From NCBI GenBank assembly GCA_034521815.1, contig JAXHLW010000012.1, positions 1-64,000 of the forward strand: DNA of 64,000 nucleotides. Reading direction: 5' to 3'. How positions within the stretch are numbered: position 1 is the first letter of the stretch; every line of letters begins with the position of its first letter. Position numbers and translations under genes: made by a program. Below are positions 10,537-19,800 of this stretch, piece by piece. The notes below the pieces were generated by a model. The model saw nothing but the letters and a program-made list of their open reading frames with translations, was not told the origin of the DNA and ran no database searches. This DNA comes from Trueperaceae bacterium. Its GTDB lineage: Bacteria; Deinococcota; Deinococci; Deinococcales; Trueperaceae.

Positions 10537-10830
10537 ATGGGGTACGGCGGCTGGGGCATGGGCGGCTTCGGCGGGGTCGGCATGATCCTTTTCTGGATCG
10601 CGCTGATCCTCGCCATCGTCTGGCTCGTCCGGGCGCTCGACCTCGGACGGAGCTTCCAGCGGCGGGACAGTGAGCCCCGCCATGACGAACGACGACCCGA
10701 ACATCGCGCCGACGCGCAGAGCGACGACCGGGCGCTCGCGATCCTCCGTGAGCGTTACGCCCGCGGCGAGATCGACGCCGACGAGTTCGAACGCCGCAAG
10801 CAAGACCTGATCAGGAAGGACGACACATGA
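10537..10830 (+). CDS. SHOCT-domain membrane protein, copy 2
   Basis: Gly/Met N-terminus, one TM, ALAILRERYARGEIDADEFERRK. Confidence 0.85.
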   Translation: MGYGGWGMGGFGGVGMILFWIALILAIVWLVRALDLGRSFQRRDSEPRHDERRPEHRADAQSDDRALAILRERYARGEIDADEFERRKQDLIRKDDT

Positions 10831-11657
10831 ACCGCACTCGCACGCTCCTCGCATTCGCCCTCGCCACCCTCCTCGGCCTCGCCCTGGCGCAAGGGATGAT
10901 GGGCACCCCCAACGACCCGCGCGCCCCCGGCGGCGGCTACGGCAACTACGGCAACTACGGCGGGTACGGCATGATGCAGCCCGGCTACGGCGGGTACGGC
11001 CCCGGCGGCATGGGCATGATGGGCCCCGGCTACGGCGGTCGCGGCGGCCAAGGAAGGATGGGCGGCATGGGCATGATGGGCGGCGGAATGATGGGCGGCA
11101 CCATGATGCGCGTCCTCCCGCCCGACGCCCAGCCGCTGGACGACGCGGAGCTGCGTGCACGCCTCGACGCCGCCGCTCGTGCCTTCGGCCCCGACGTCAG
11201 CGTCGACGACGTCATGCCGTTCACCGACCACAGCTACGCGCAGCTCGTCGGACCCGAAGGAACCGGACTCGCCGAAGTCCTCGTCGACCGCTACACCGGC
11301 GTGGTGACGCCCGAGCCGGGCCCGAACATGATGTGGAACGTCCGCACCGCCATGGGCGGGTACGGCATGGGCGGTTTCGGCATGAACGGCAACGGCACGG
11401 GACCGTGGGGCACGACGCCGAACACGGCGCAGCAGCGCTACGACGAGACCCAGGCCCGCGAGCTCGCCGCCACCTTCCTCGCCGGCTACCTGCCCGGCGC
11501 AGACGTTCTGGCCGGCCAGACCTTCCCCGGCTACGCCACCTTCGACTACGGCCGCGACGGCCGCATCGACGGCATGCTCAGCGTGCATCTCGGCAGTGGC
11601 CAGATCTGGCCGCACACGTGGCACGGTGCCTACCGAGGAGACGCAGGTGACCATTGA
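10827..11657 (+). CDS. Secreted Gly/Met-rich protein with PepSY-like repeats
   Basis: Signal peptide ending ALA-Q, long GM/GY tract, EPGPNMMWN, C-terminal WPHTWHG. Confidence 0.7.
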   Translation: MNRTRTLLAFALATLLGLALAQGMMGTPNDPRAPGGGYGNYGNYGGYGMMQPGYGGYGPGGMGMMGPGYGGRGGQGRMGGMGMMGGGMMGGTMMRVLPPDAQPLDDAELRARLDAAARAFGPDVSVDDVMPFTDHSYAQLVGPEGTGLAEVLVDRYTGVVTPEPGPNMMWNVRTAMGGYGMGGFGMNGNGTGPWGTTPNTAQQRYDETQARELAATFLAGYLPGADVLAGQTFPGYATFDYGRDGRIDGMLSVHLGSGQIWPHTWHGAYRGDAGDH

Positions 11658-12207
11658 GGGTAGCGGTCGCGTCAAGGCGACCGGTTCACCACGCGCGTCT
11701 CAGGGGGCGCCCGTATCCGGGCGCCCAAGGCGCGCCGCGCACGCGGTCGTGAGCGGCAGGCGAACGCGACGTTCGGCCGGTTCGAAGCCCGCTCGGTGGC
11801 GCCGACACCCCGGCGTGACCGTCGGCGTGACCGCCGTCGCGATCGGCGGCGTCCTGGCGACGGCTGCGCTCTGGACCGGCCGTACCGCGGGACCCACCGG
11901 TCCCGACCCCGACGTCGTCGCCCTCGGCGAGACGCTCTACGCCCAGTCCTGCGCCTCCTGCCACGGCTCCGCCGGCGAGGGCTTCGCGCAGGCCGGCGTG
12001 CCTGCGCCGCCGCTCGATGGCAGCGCGCACTCGTGGCACCACGCCGACACGCAGATCCTCGGCCTGATCCGCGATGGCGGCTCGTCGATCATGCCAGCGG
12101 TCGGTCGCGACTGGTCCGACGCCGAGCGTGAGGCCGTCCTGACCTTCGTCAAGACGCGCTGGGAGCCGTGGCAGCGCGACCGCCAAACCGGCACGATCGG
12201 CGAGTGA
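11647..12207 (+). CDS. Membrane-anchored monoheme cytochrome c
   Basis: TM, CASCH, APPLDGSAHSWHH, MP distal ligand; start uncertain (GTG 11647 after GAGGAG). Confidence 0.85.
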   Translation: MTIEGSGRVKATGSPRASQGAPVSGRPRRAAHAVVSGRRTRRSAGSKPARWRRHPGVTVGVTAVAIGGVLATAALWTGRTAGPTGPDPDVVALGETLYAQSCASCHGSAGEGFAQAGVPAPPLDGSAHSWHHADTQILGLIRDGGSSIMPAVGRDWSDAEREAVLTFVKTRWEPWQRDRQTGTIGE

Positions 12208-12286
12208 CAGCGGCTGGCCGCCTTCGCATGTCTTTCGTCAGGTCGCCCGTCCTCGATCGTACGGCGTGCACGATCGCGGCACAGAA

Positions 12287-12322
12287 CAGGGGAGGGCGCC
12301 GACGATACGGTGCCCTCCCCTG
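12287..12322. terminator. Stem-loop between convergent genes
   Basis: CAGGGGAGGGCGCCG-ACGATA-CGGTGCCCTCCCCTG. Confidence 0.6.
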
Positions 12323-12359
12323 AACGACCACCCGAGCGGTGGCCTGAGCCGTCTCTGGC

Positions 12360-13451
12360 CTACGGCTGCGTCACCGTCGTCGCGTCCAGCGTGATCTCGG
12401 TCTGGGCGAACGCGCGGCCCGTGAGGGTGGCGCCGGTGTTCATCACGACCGCGGTCTTGCTCAGGACGACGCCGTGCAATTCGGAGCCGGTGCCGAGGGT
12501 CACTTGCTCGGCCACCTGCCAGAAGACGTTCTCGGGCAGCGCGTCGCCGGCGAGCAGAACCGAGATGCCGTCCGCGACGGTGAGGTCCTGAGCGATCTGC
12601 AGGATCCACACGTCGGTCGCGGTGCCGGTGAGGGTGAGGTCGGTGTTGATCGCGACCCCGTGCTCCACATGTGCAGGCCGGGATCGATCGTGCTCGAGCC
12701 GATGCTCCCCGCAGCGAACTCGGTCGAGTCGGGCATCGTGCGGCCGGCTGCGTCCGTGTACGCGGTCTCCATGGCGCCGATCGCGGCGGTCATCAGCGTG
12801 GGCGTCGGTGGGGCGAGGTTCGCCGCGTAGATGCTGGCCGTCCACCAGCGTGGAGGTGGCGAACTCACCGGACGGGTCGAGCGTCTCGTTGAACCCGGTG
12901 ATCGCCGTCAAGTCGATGGGGCTGACGCCGATGTCGCCGGTGATGAACGTGACGCCCGTCGTCGAGATGCCGGCTTTCGACAGGAGGACGAAGTCGCCAG
13001 CGCTACCGAGCGGGACCGAATCGGTCGTCGCAGCGATGGCCTCCGTCGTGAAGTCCCACGTCACGGGGTCTTCGAGGGGGTTGCCGGCGACGTCGGTGAT
13101 GTCGGTCGACAGCGTGGCCGTGTACGTCGTACCGACGGCCAGAGCGAGCGTCGGGGTGTAGGTCGCCATGTCGGTCGCGGCGTCGAACGACACGCTGCCG
13201 GCGACGGTCGTGGCGCCGGAGGCGAGCGCGAACGTCGACGTGGTGAGCGTCGTGACGTCGATCGCTTCGTCGAAGGTGGCGGTGACGGGCTCATTGGTGG
13301 CTGACGTGCCGCCATCGCTCGGCGCCAACTGGAGCACGGTCGGGGCCGTCGTGTCTGGCGTGCCGGCCATGTTGCAGCTCGAAAGCACGCCGGCGAGCAC
13401 GATGGCGCCGATCCAAGACGGTATTTTGAGACGTTCGTCGAATCGTTTCAT
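12360..13451 (-). CDS. Ice-binding (DUF3494) lipoprotein with an Ig-like (Big_5) domain; compensating frameshifts near 12665 and 12835
   Basis: Lipobox VLSSC; DTTAPTV..TFDEAID..TDITDVAGNPL; FVLLSKAGIST..ITGDIGVSP; ENVFWQVA; TGATLTGRAFAQT. Confidence 0.88.
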   Translation of the reverse strand: MKRFDERLKIPSWIGAIVLAGVLSSCNMAGTPDTTAPTVLQLAPSDGGTSATNEPVTATFDEAIDVTTLTTSTFALASGATTVAGSVSFDAATDMATYTPTLALAVGTTYTATLSTDITDVAGNPLEDPVTWDFTTEAIAATTDSVPLGSAGDFVLLSKAGISTTGVTFITGDIGVSPIDLTAITGFNETLDPSGEFATSTLVDGQHLRGEPRPTDAHADDRRDRRHGDRVHGRSRPHDARLDRVRCGEHRLEHDRSRPAHVEHGVAINTDLTLTGTATDVWILQIAQDLTVADGISVLLAGDALPENVFWQVAEQVTLGTGSELHGVVLSKTAVVMNTGATLTGRAFAQTEITLDATTVTQP

Positions 13452-13595
13452 GATTCTCCTCGTGTCCACAGCTAAATATCTAGTTGTTGGGAACGACTAA
13501 GGTGTACCACGAAATTCGCCCACGCGGCGATCCCAGGCGACACGCGGGGAGCTGTTCGATGGCGTCGATCAGGATCGGGGTAGCGCATGGGACGG

Positions 13596-14582
13596 CTACG
13601 GGAGGCTCGTGAAGAACGCGCCGATCGCCGCGGCCGCTCCGACCGGCCAGGTGTGCGGGTCGTACCCGCCACTCGGCGTGGTGGCGTCGTCGCGAGCGCA
13701 CCACACGACCGGGTCCAACGTGTCCGCGGCACCGTGGCGCACGCAGCGCAAGCGCGCCAGCGGGCCGTCCGCCACCGGCGCGGCCGGCACTGCACCTAGC
13801 GCGTTGGCATCCCGGAACGCGTCGCGCGCCGCCGCTCCCTCGCCCAGGGGCACCAGGCGGTCGTCCGGATGATGCACCAGCAGGGCGGCTGCGCCCCGAC
13901 GCACCCGTCGCGTCGAAGCCCGCCGGCGACCGACGCCACCGCCCGGACCCGGTCGCCGAGGTGACACGCGACGTCGTTCGCGAAGTACGCGCCCAGCGAG
14001 TGACCGACGACGAACACCCGATCGAGGTTCGAGGCAGTGCGCGTCGCCGAAAGCACGGATCAGGGCGCCGACCAGCGCGAAGTCGCGCTGGCGGTCGGGC
14101 GGGTCGCCCGGTGCGGCCCACGCGAACACGCCCGGCGCCACCGGCAACGCTCGCGGGTAGACGACCACCGCGTCGGACAGCGCCGCGTCGAGGCCGACGT
14201 AGCGACGCACCTGAGCAGCGTCGTTGGTGCGGCCGTGGAAGACGATGCACGAGGTCGCGTGGCCCGCGTGCTGTGCCTGGATGGAACGCGCGCCAGGAAG
14301 GTTCGCTCCGCTGCCCGCGACGACGACCCGGTCGGGCGACGCCGTGGCGGACGACGTGTCGCATCCGGCGGAGCGCGGCAGCGCGGGGCGTGCGTCGCCG
14401 ACCACGCCCGGCGTCAGGGGCGCGTCGTTCGTGGTGACCGGCGTGGCGCGCGGCGCGCAGGCGGCGAGCGTCAAGGCGGCGAGCGCGACGGCGGCGAGCA
14501 ACGCAGCGCCGGCGCGTGCCAACCTGCTGCCATGGCGTGCCGGTCCCGTCGTCCGATCCACGCGTGGGTCCTCGCGGGCCAT
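13596..14582 (-). CDS. LpqC/PHB-depolymerase-like esterase lipoprotein (frameshifted)
   Basis: Lipobox LAAC, VFHG, VVVYP, DRVFVVGHSLGA in an alternate frame, C-terminal HTWP. Confidence 0.7.
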   Translation of the reverse strand: MAREDPRVDRTTGPARHGSRLARAGAALLAAVALAALTLAACAPRATPVTTNDAPLTPGVVGDARPALPRSAGCDTSSATASPDRVVVAGSGANLPGARSIQAQHAGHATSCIVFHGRTNDAAQVRRYVGLDAALSDAVVVYPRALPVAPGVFAWAAPGDPPDRQRDFALVGALIRAFGDAHCLEPRSGVRRRSLAGRVLRERRRVSPRRPGPGGGVGRRRASTRRVRRGAAALLVHHPDDRLVPLGEGAAARDAFRDANALGAVPAAPVADGPLARLRCVRHGAADTLDPVVWCARDDATTPSGGYDPHTWPVGAAAAIGAFFTSLP

Positions 14583-14625
14583 GGCACGAGCGTAGCGCCC
14601 TACGTCGATCGCGTCGTCCTTACCG

Positions 14626-15114
14626 CTAGGCGGTGCGGCGGCTCGTGGCGCGCTCGCCGTCGAACCCGGCTGCGACGAAGCGCCCACGCACCACGGGCAG
14701 CGAGGCCAGCACCAAGATCGCGACGGCGTTACCTGCGGTGACGAACTGGATCGGCCAGGCGAACCCGATCAGCCATGCCTGGGCGGCCAGCCAAAGCACG
14801 AGCACGACGCCGAGCAGCAGCGTGCCGGTCCACGCCCAGTGGTGGCCGCTGAGGCGCGTGACGTTGGCCGTCCAGCGCAAGCTCGGTCGCGCCAACAGGC
14901 CGTACGCCAGCGCGAGCGGCACGAGACCCATGACCACCACGAGGAACACGCCGGGCAACAGGTAGTTCGCCACCGGCAATCGCAGCAGGACGACGTCCAT
15001 CCCGAGCGATGCGCCGCTGGGGTCGCTCAGCATCGATAAGCCTCCGTACAGCCCCCCGAACGCCAAGAAGAGGACGGACACGACCAGCGCCCAGACCGCT
15101 AACCGACCGCCCAT
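14626..15114 (-). CDS. Hypothetical membrane protein (about 4 TMs)
   Basis: Hydrophobic helices; GG..ML.DPSG.SLGM and PG.FL motifs. Confidence 0.7.
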   Translation of the reverse strand: MGGRLAVWALVVSVLFLAFGGLYGGLSMLSDPSGASLGMDVVLLRLPVANYLLPGVFLVVVMGLVPLALAYGLLARPSLRWTANVTRLSGHHWAWTGTLLLGVVLVLWLAAQAWLIGFAWPIQFVTAGNAVAILVLASLPVVRGRFVAAGFDGERATSRRTA

Positions 15115-15202
15115 GGCCCACCTGCTCTCGTGAGCGGTCGGCCGCTGGCCGGTATCGCTCGACGCGTCCAGGATCGTGGCGCCGCGGGCCCGCGTGGGCG
15201 CA

Positions 15203-15730
15203 TCAGTCCGAGGGCATTCCCTGCACGTTCTTCAGCGCGGCACGTCCGCCGGTCGCGTTCTTCCCGACGATGCTGAACACCCCGTCGGTCTCGAGAACGA
15301 TGGCTTCTACGTCTTCGAACCCCGCGTAGCCGTCGTTGCGCAGCGCGGCACGGATCTCGTCTTCGGTCACGCGGGTGCGTCGCATCGCGTCGTGGAGCAT
15401 CTTGCCGCGGAACGCGACGAGCTTGGGCTCGCCGGTGACGAGGTGCTTCACCCACGGCATGCGGGCGCTGGACCAGGTCACGATGTACTGCAAGCCGATG
15501 AGCAGCGCGAACGCCGTCGCGCCTTCGGCGAGCGAGACGGCGCTATCGAGCACCAGCGTGGCGAGCGTCGAGCCGAGCGCGATGGTGACGATGGCGTCGA
15601 AGGCGTTCATCTTCGAGAGCGTGCGGTTCCCGAAGATGCGCAGCATGAACACCAAGACGACGTAACCGAGGGTGCCGACGACGAGCGTGCGCGCGATGCC
15701 GTTCCAGCCGTCGAAGAACAGGGGTTCCAT
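15203..15730 (-). CDS. DUF421 (YetF) membrane protein
   Basis: GNRTLSKMNAFD, GEPKLV, IVLETDG.FS. Confidence 0.88.
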   Translation of the reverse strand: MEPLFFDGWNGIARTLVVGTLGYVVLVFMLRIFGNRTLSKMNAFDAIVTIALGSTLATLVLDSAVSLAEGATAFALLIGLQYIVTWSSARMPWVKHLVTGEPKLVAFRGKMLHDAMRRTRVTEDEIRAALRNDGYAGFEDVEAIVLETDGVFSIVGKNATGGRAALKNVQGMPSD

Positions 15731-15832
15731 GGTGCCTCCGGCCTCCATCGTGCCGCATGCGGCGTTCTGGGCGAGCGCGCTCGTACCAGAGCCGGGCGGC
15801 CGTCGCGAAGCGCCGGCGCTATCGTGGGGCTC

Positions 15833-16684
15833 ATGACCCCTGCCCATCACCTGGTCCTGTCCCTCTCCTGCGCCGATCGCCCCGGCATCGTCCACGCCGT
15901 CACCGGGGTGCTGGCTCGCCACGGCGGCAACGTCACCGAGTCGCAGCAGTTCGGCGACCCCGGGACCGGGCTCTTCTTCATGCGGGTGCAGGTGGAGCTG
16001 ACCGCGGATCGCGAGGCGCTCGAGGCCGACCTGTCCGAGCTCGCGGCGACGCTCGGGATGACGTGGACGCTCGACGAGGTCGGGCGTCCGCTGCGGACGC
16101 TGCTGCTGGCCTCGAAGGAGGCGCACTGCCTCACCGATTTGCTCTTCCGCGCGGCCCAGGGACGGCTGCCCATCGCGGTGGTCGGGGTGGTCAGCAACCA
16201 CCCCGACCTCGCTTCGATCGCGGGTTTCTACGGCGCGACGTTCCACCACATTCCGATCGACCGTAGCAGCAAGCCCGCCGCCGAAGCCGCGTTGCTCGAG
16301 CTCGTGGCGCAGCAAGGCGCGGAGCTGGTCGTGCTCGCGCGCTACATGCAGGTGCTCTCCGACGACGTGTGCCGCCGCCTGGCGGGCAGGGTGATCAACA
16401 TCCACCACTCGTTCCTGCCCAGCTTCAAGGGGGCGCGCCCGTACGCCCAGGCGCACGAGCGCGGCGTCAAGCTGATCGGCGCCACGGCGCACTACGTCAC
16501 GGCCGACCTCGACGAGGGCCCGATCATCGAGCAGGACGTCGAGCGCGTCGACCACGCGGACGACCCGCGCGAGCTGGTCGCCACCGGCCAGGACGTGGAG
16601 CGCCGGGTGCTGGCGCGGGCGGTGCGCTGGCATGCGGAGCATCGGGTGTTCGTGAACGGGGGGCGGACCGTGGTGTTCCGTTGA
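15833..16684 (+). CDS. purU: Formyltetrahydrofolate deformylase
   Basis: ACT domain (CADRPGIV), VLARYMQVLS, INIHHSFLPSFKGA.PY, LDEGPIIEQ. Confidence 0.95.
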   Translation: MTPAHHLVLSLSCADRPGIVHAVTGVLARHGGNVTESQQFGDPGTGLFFMRVQVELTADREALEADLSELAATLGMTWTLDEVGRPLRTLLLASKEAHCLTDLLFRAAQGRLPIAVVGVVSNHPDLASIAGFYGATFHHIPIDRSSKPAAEAALLELVAQQGAELVVLARYMQVLSDDVCRRLAGRVINIHHSFLPSFKGARPYAQAHERGVKLIGATAHYVTADLDEGPIIEQDVERVDHADDPRELVATGQDVERRVLARAVRWHAEHRVFVNGGRTVVFR

Positions 16685-16822
16685 GGCGCAGGGCGGCCCG
16701 ATCGGGTTCTACGAGGTCGCTCTTCCGTCGCAGGCACGACCCTGCGTGTGGTCCGTCAGGCGCCCCGGGCGGTGCCGAAGCGCCGTGCTAGCGTTGCGGT
16801 GACCTGAGGACGGGAGGCTCCC

Positions 16823-19800
16823 ATGTCGACGTCGAGCCGCCGATCGTTTCGTGTCGAACGCTCCCACGGGAGGCACCGCGACCAAGGTCGGGGTGGGGGA
16901 GGGCTCCGCCTCGGGCGCCTCGCGGCACTGGTGGTGGCGCTGGCGGCGGCGTGCTTCATCCCCGTCGCATCGGCACAGGACGCCCCCATCCCCGAGCGCT
17001 TCGCGACCACGAGCAGCGACACCGACTACCCCGGCGGCGACCTGACGCCGCTGTTCAACGTGTCCCTGGAGCAGTGTCACGGCACCTGTCTGCGGCTGGA
17101 GGATTGCGCGGGTTTCACCTTCAATCAGCGGAACGGCGCCTGTTTCCCCAAGGCCGTCCTGGCTGATCCGGTCGCGTTCGAGGGGGCGCTGTCGGGCGTG
17201 ATCACGCGCCGGGACGAGGTCGCGCTGGAGCGCGCCCGCGAGGTCGCGGCCCGGCTGGACTTCCTCGAGTCGGACGACGTGGGCGCCGCTCGCGAGCAGG
17301 CGATCTCGATGGCGGAGCGCTACGCGGCGGGCGGGCGGTCCCAGGCCGAGCTCATGGAGGCCGCGCGGCGCGCGCCCAGCGAGGCTGTCACCTGGACCGG
17401 TGCGGCCGTGACGGTCGCCGACGACGGGGCGGCCTGGCTCGCGCACGCGCGCGCCCTGGTCGCGGAGGCGGGCCGCGACGCGAACCGCCGCTACGAACTC
17501 GACCGTCAGGCGGTGAGCGCGGCGCTCAACGCCGTCCTGCGCCTGCCGGAGCCGGAGCGTGCCCAGGCGCTGGTGGTCCTGGCGCATGCGCTCGAAGAGA
17601 CCTACCGCGGCGAGGCCGCCCTGGGCGCGCTGCGGCTGGCCGATGGCATGCGGCCGGGCATCGCCGCAGGCGACCTCGCCCGCCTGCGGGAGCGTTTCGG
17701 CTTCCGCGTGCTGGGCCACGACGTGGACGCCAGCAGCGCCGCGCCGCGCATCTGCGTGAGCTTTTCCGAGCAGCTGTCGCCGCGGCGCGACTACGCGCCG
17801 TTCGTGGGGCGTGACGTGCAGGGGCTCGCGCTGGAGGTCGAGGGACAGGAGCTCTGCGTCACGGGCGTCGCCTACGGCGAGAGCTACCGGCTGACGTTGC
17901 GTGCCGGGCTTCCGAGCGCCGGTGGTGACGCATTGACGGGCGACGTGCCGGTCGAGGTCTACGTTCGCGACCGGGCTCCGGTCGGTGCGTTTCCCGGGCC
18001 GCGCCTACGTCTTGCCCGCCTCCGGGCCGCGCGCGCTTCCGATCGAGACGGTGAACGCCGACCGGCTGGAGCTGCGGCTGCTGCGGGTGTCGGACCGCAA
18101 CCTCGCCACCGCCGTCCGCGACGGTAGCTTCGCCGAGGCCCTGAGCACCTGGGAGGGCGAGCGGTTCGAGGAGCTGCTGGCCGAGCCGGTCTGGCAGGGC
18201 GAGGCGCAGCTCGAGGGGACGCTGAACCGGTCCACCCCGTCGCGCCTTCCGCTGGACGAGGTCGGCGAGCTCGAGCCCGGCGTGTACGTGCTGCGCGCCG
18301 TCGTTCCCGACACCGACCCGTTCGACGTCGCGCCGGCCACGCAGTGGTTCATGGTGTCCGACCTCGGCGTCACCACGCTGGCAGGGCACCGACGGGCTGC
18401 ACGTCGTCGTGCAGCGCCTGTCCGACGGCCTGCCGGCGGACGGCCTGCAGGTCACGCTTCTGGCGCGCTCCAACCGCGTCCTCGCCGACGCGCGGACCGA
18501 CCCCCAGGGTCACGTCCGCTTCGCGGCGGCGCTCACTCGGGGCGTCGGCGCGGCGGCTCCTGCGCTGGTGCTGGTCGAGGGCGAAGGCGACATGGCGGCG
18601 CTGTCGCTGGAGGAGCCCGAGTTCGACCTGTCGGACCGCGGCGTGGCTGGGCGCGAGGCCCCCGGTCCCATCGACCTGTTCCTCACCACCGACCGCGGCG
18701 TCTACCGGCCAGGCGAGACGATCCACCTCACCGCCCTGGCCCGCGACCCGCAGGCGCGCGCCCTGCCCGGCCTGCCGCTCACGGCGCGGCTGCTGCGGCC
18801 CGATGGGGTCGAGGTCGTCCGCGTCGTGTCGCACGACGAGCTCGCGGGGGGCCACGTCGTCTCGCTTCCCCTGGGGACCGACGTGCCGCGCGGGGTCTGG
18901 CGGATCGAGATGCTGGTCGACCCGGACGCTCCTCCGCTGGCCAGCCGAACCGTGCTGGTCGAGGACTTCGTGCCGGAACGCATCGACTATGAGCTGTCGC
19001 TCAGCGAGGACGGGCCGGTCGACCCGGCCTCGCCGCCCCGGTTGCAGGTCGAGGCGCGGCATGCGTTCGGTCCGCCCGCGGCGGGACTTCCGCTCTCGGG
19101 CAGCGTCACCGTGAGCCCAACGACCGAGCTCGCGGACTGGCCCGGCTTCCGGTTCGGCCGCTTCGATCAGGAAATGGAGCCCCAGCGGCGCGTGTTCGAG
19201 GCCGGCTCGCAGACCGACGACGACGGCCGGCTGGCCGCGCGCCTGCCCCTGGACCGCCTCGCCCTCGAGGCGCGCCCCTACACCGTGACGGTGAACGCGA
19301 CGCTGACCGACGGCTCCTCGCGCCCGGTGGAGCGCAGCCTCACCCGCGCGCTGCGACCGACCGGACCGGTCGTCGGCATCCGCCCGGAGTTCGACGGTGC
19401 GCTGCCCGAGAACGCCGAGGCCGGCTTCCAGCTCGTCCTGGTCGACCCGGACGGGAATGCGGTGCAGGGCGAGCTGCGCTGGCAGGTCGATCGCGTCGAG
19501 ACCCGCTACCAGTGGTTCGCCCAGGGCGGGCGCTGGTTCTGGGAGCCGGTGAGCGAACGCCGGCGGGTCGGCGAAGGCGTCGTGGCGGCGGACGACGGCC
19601 CGGCCCGCATCGCCGTCCCCGTCGCCTGGGGCCGGCACGAGCTGCGCGTCACCCACGAGGGCGCGACGTACGCCAGCGCCTCGCTGGCGTTCACGGCGGG
19701 CTGGTACGCCCCCGCCACCACCCGAGAGACGCCCGAGACCCTGGAGCTGTCGCTCGACGCCGCCGTCCTACGCGCCCGGCGAGGTGGCGCGGCTGCGCAT

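Noticed and set aside
10925-11110. GGCTACGGC/GGCATG repeats as a CRISPR or non-coding array
   Set aside because: They are in-frame codons of the Gly/Tyr/Met tract, with no repeat-spacer structure
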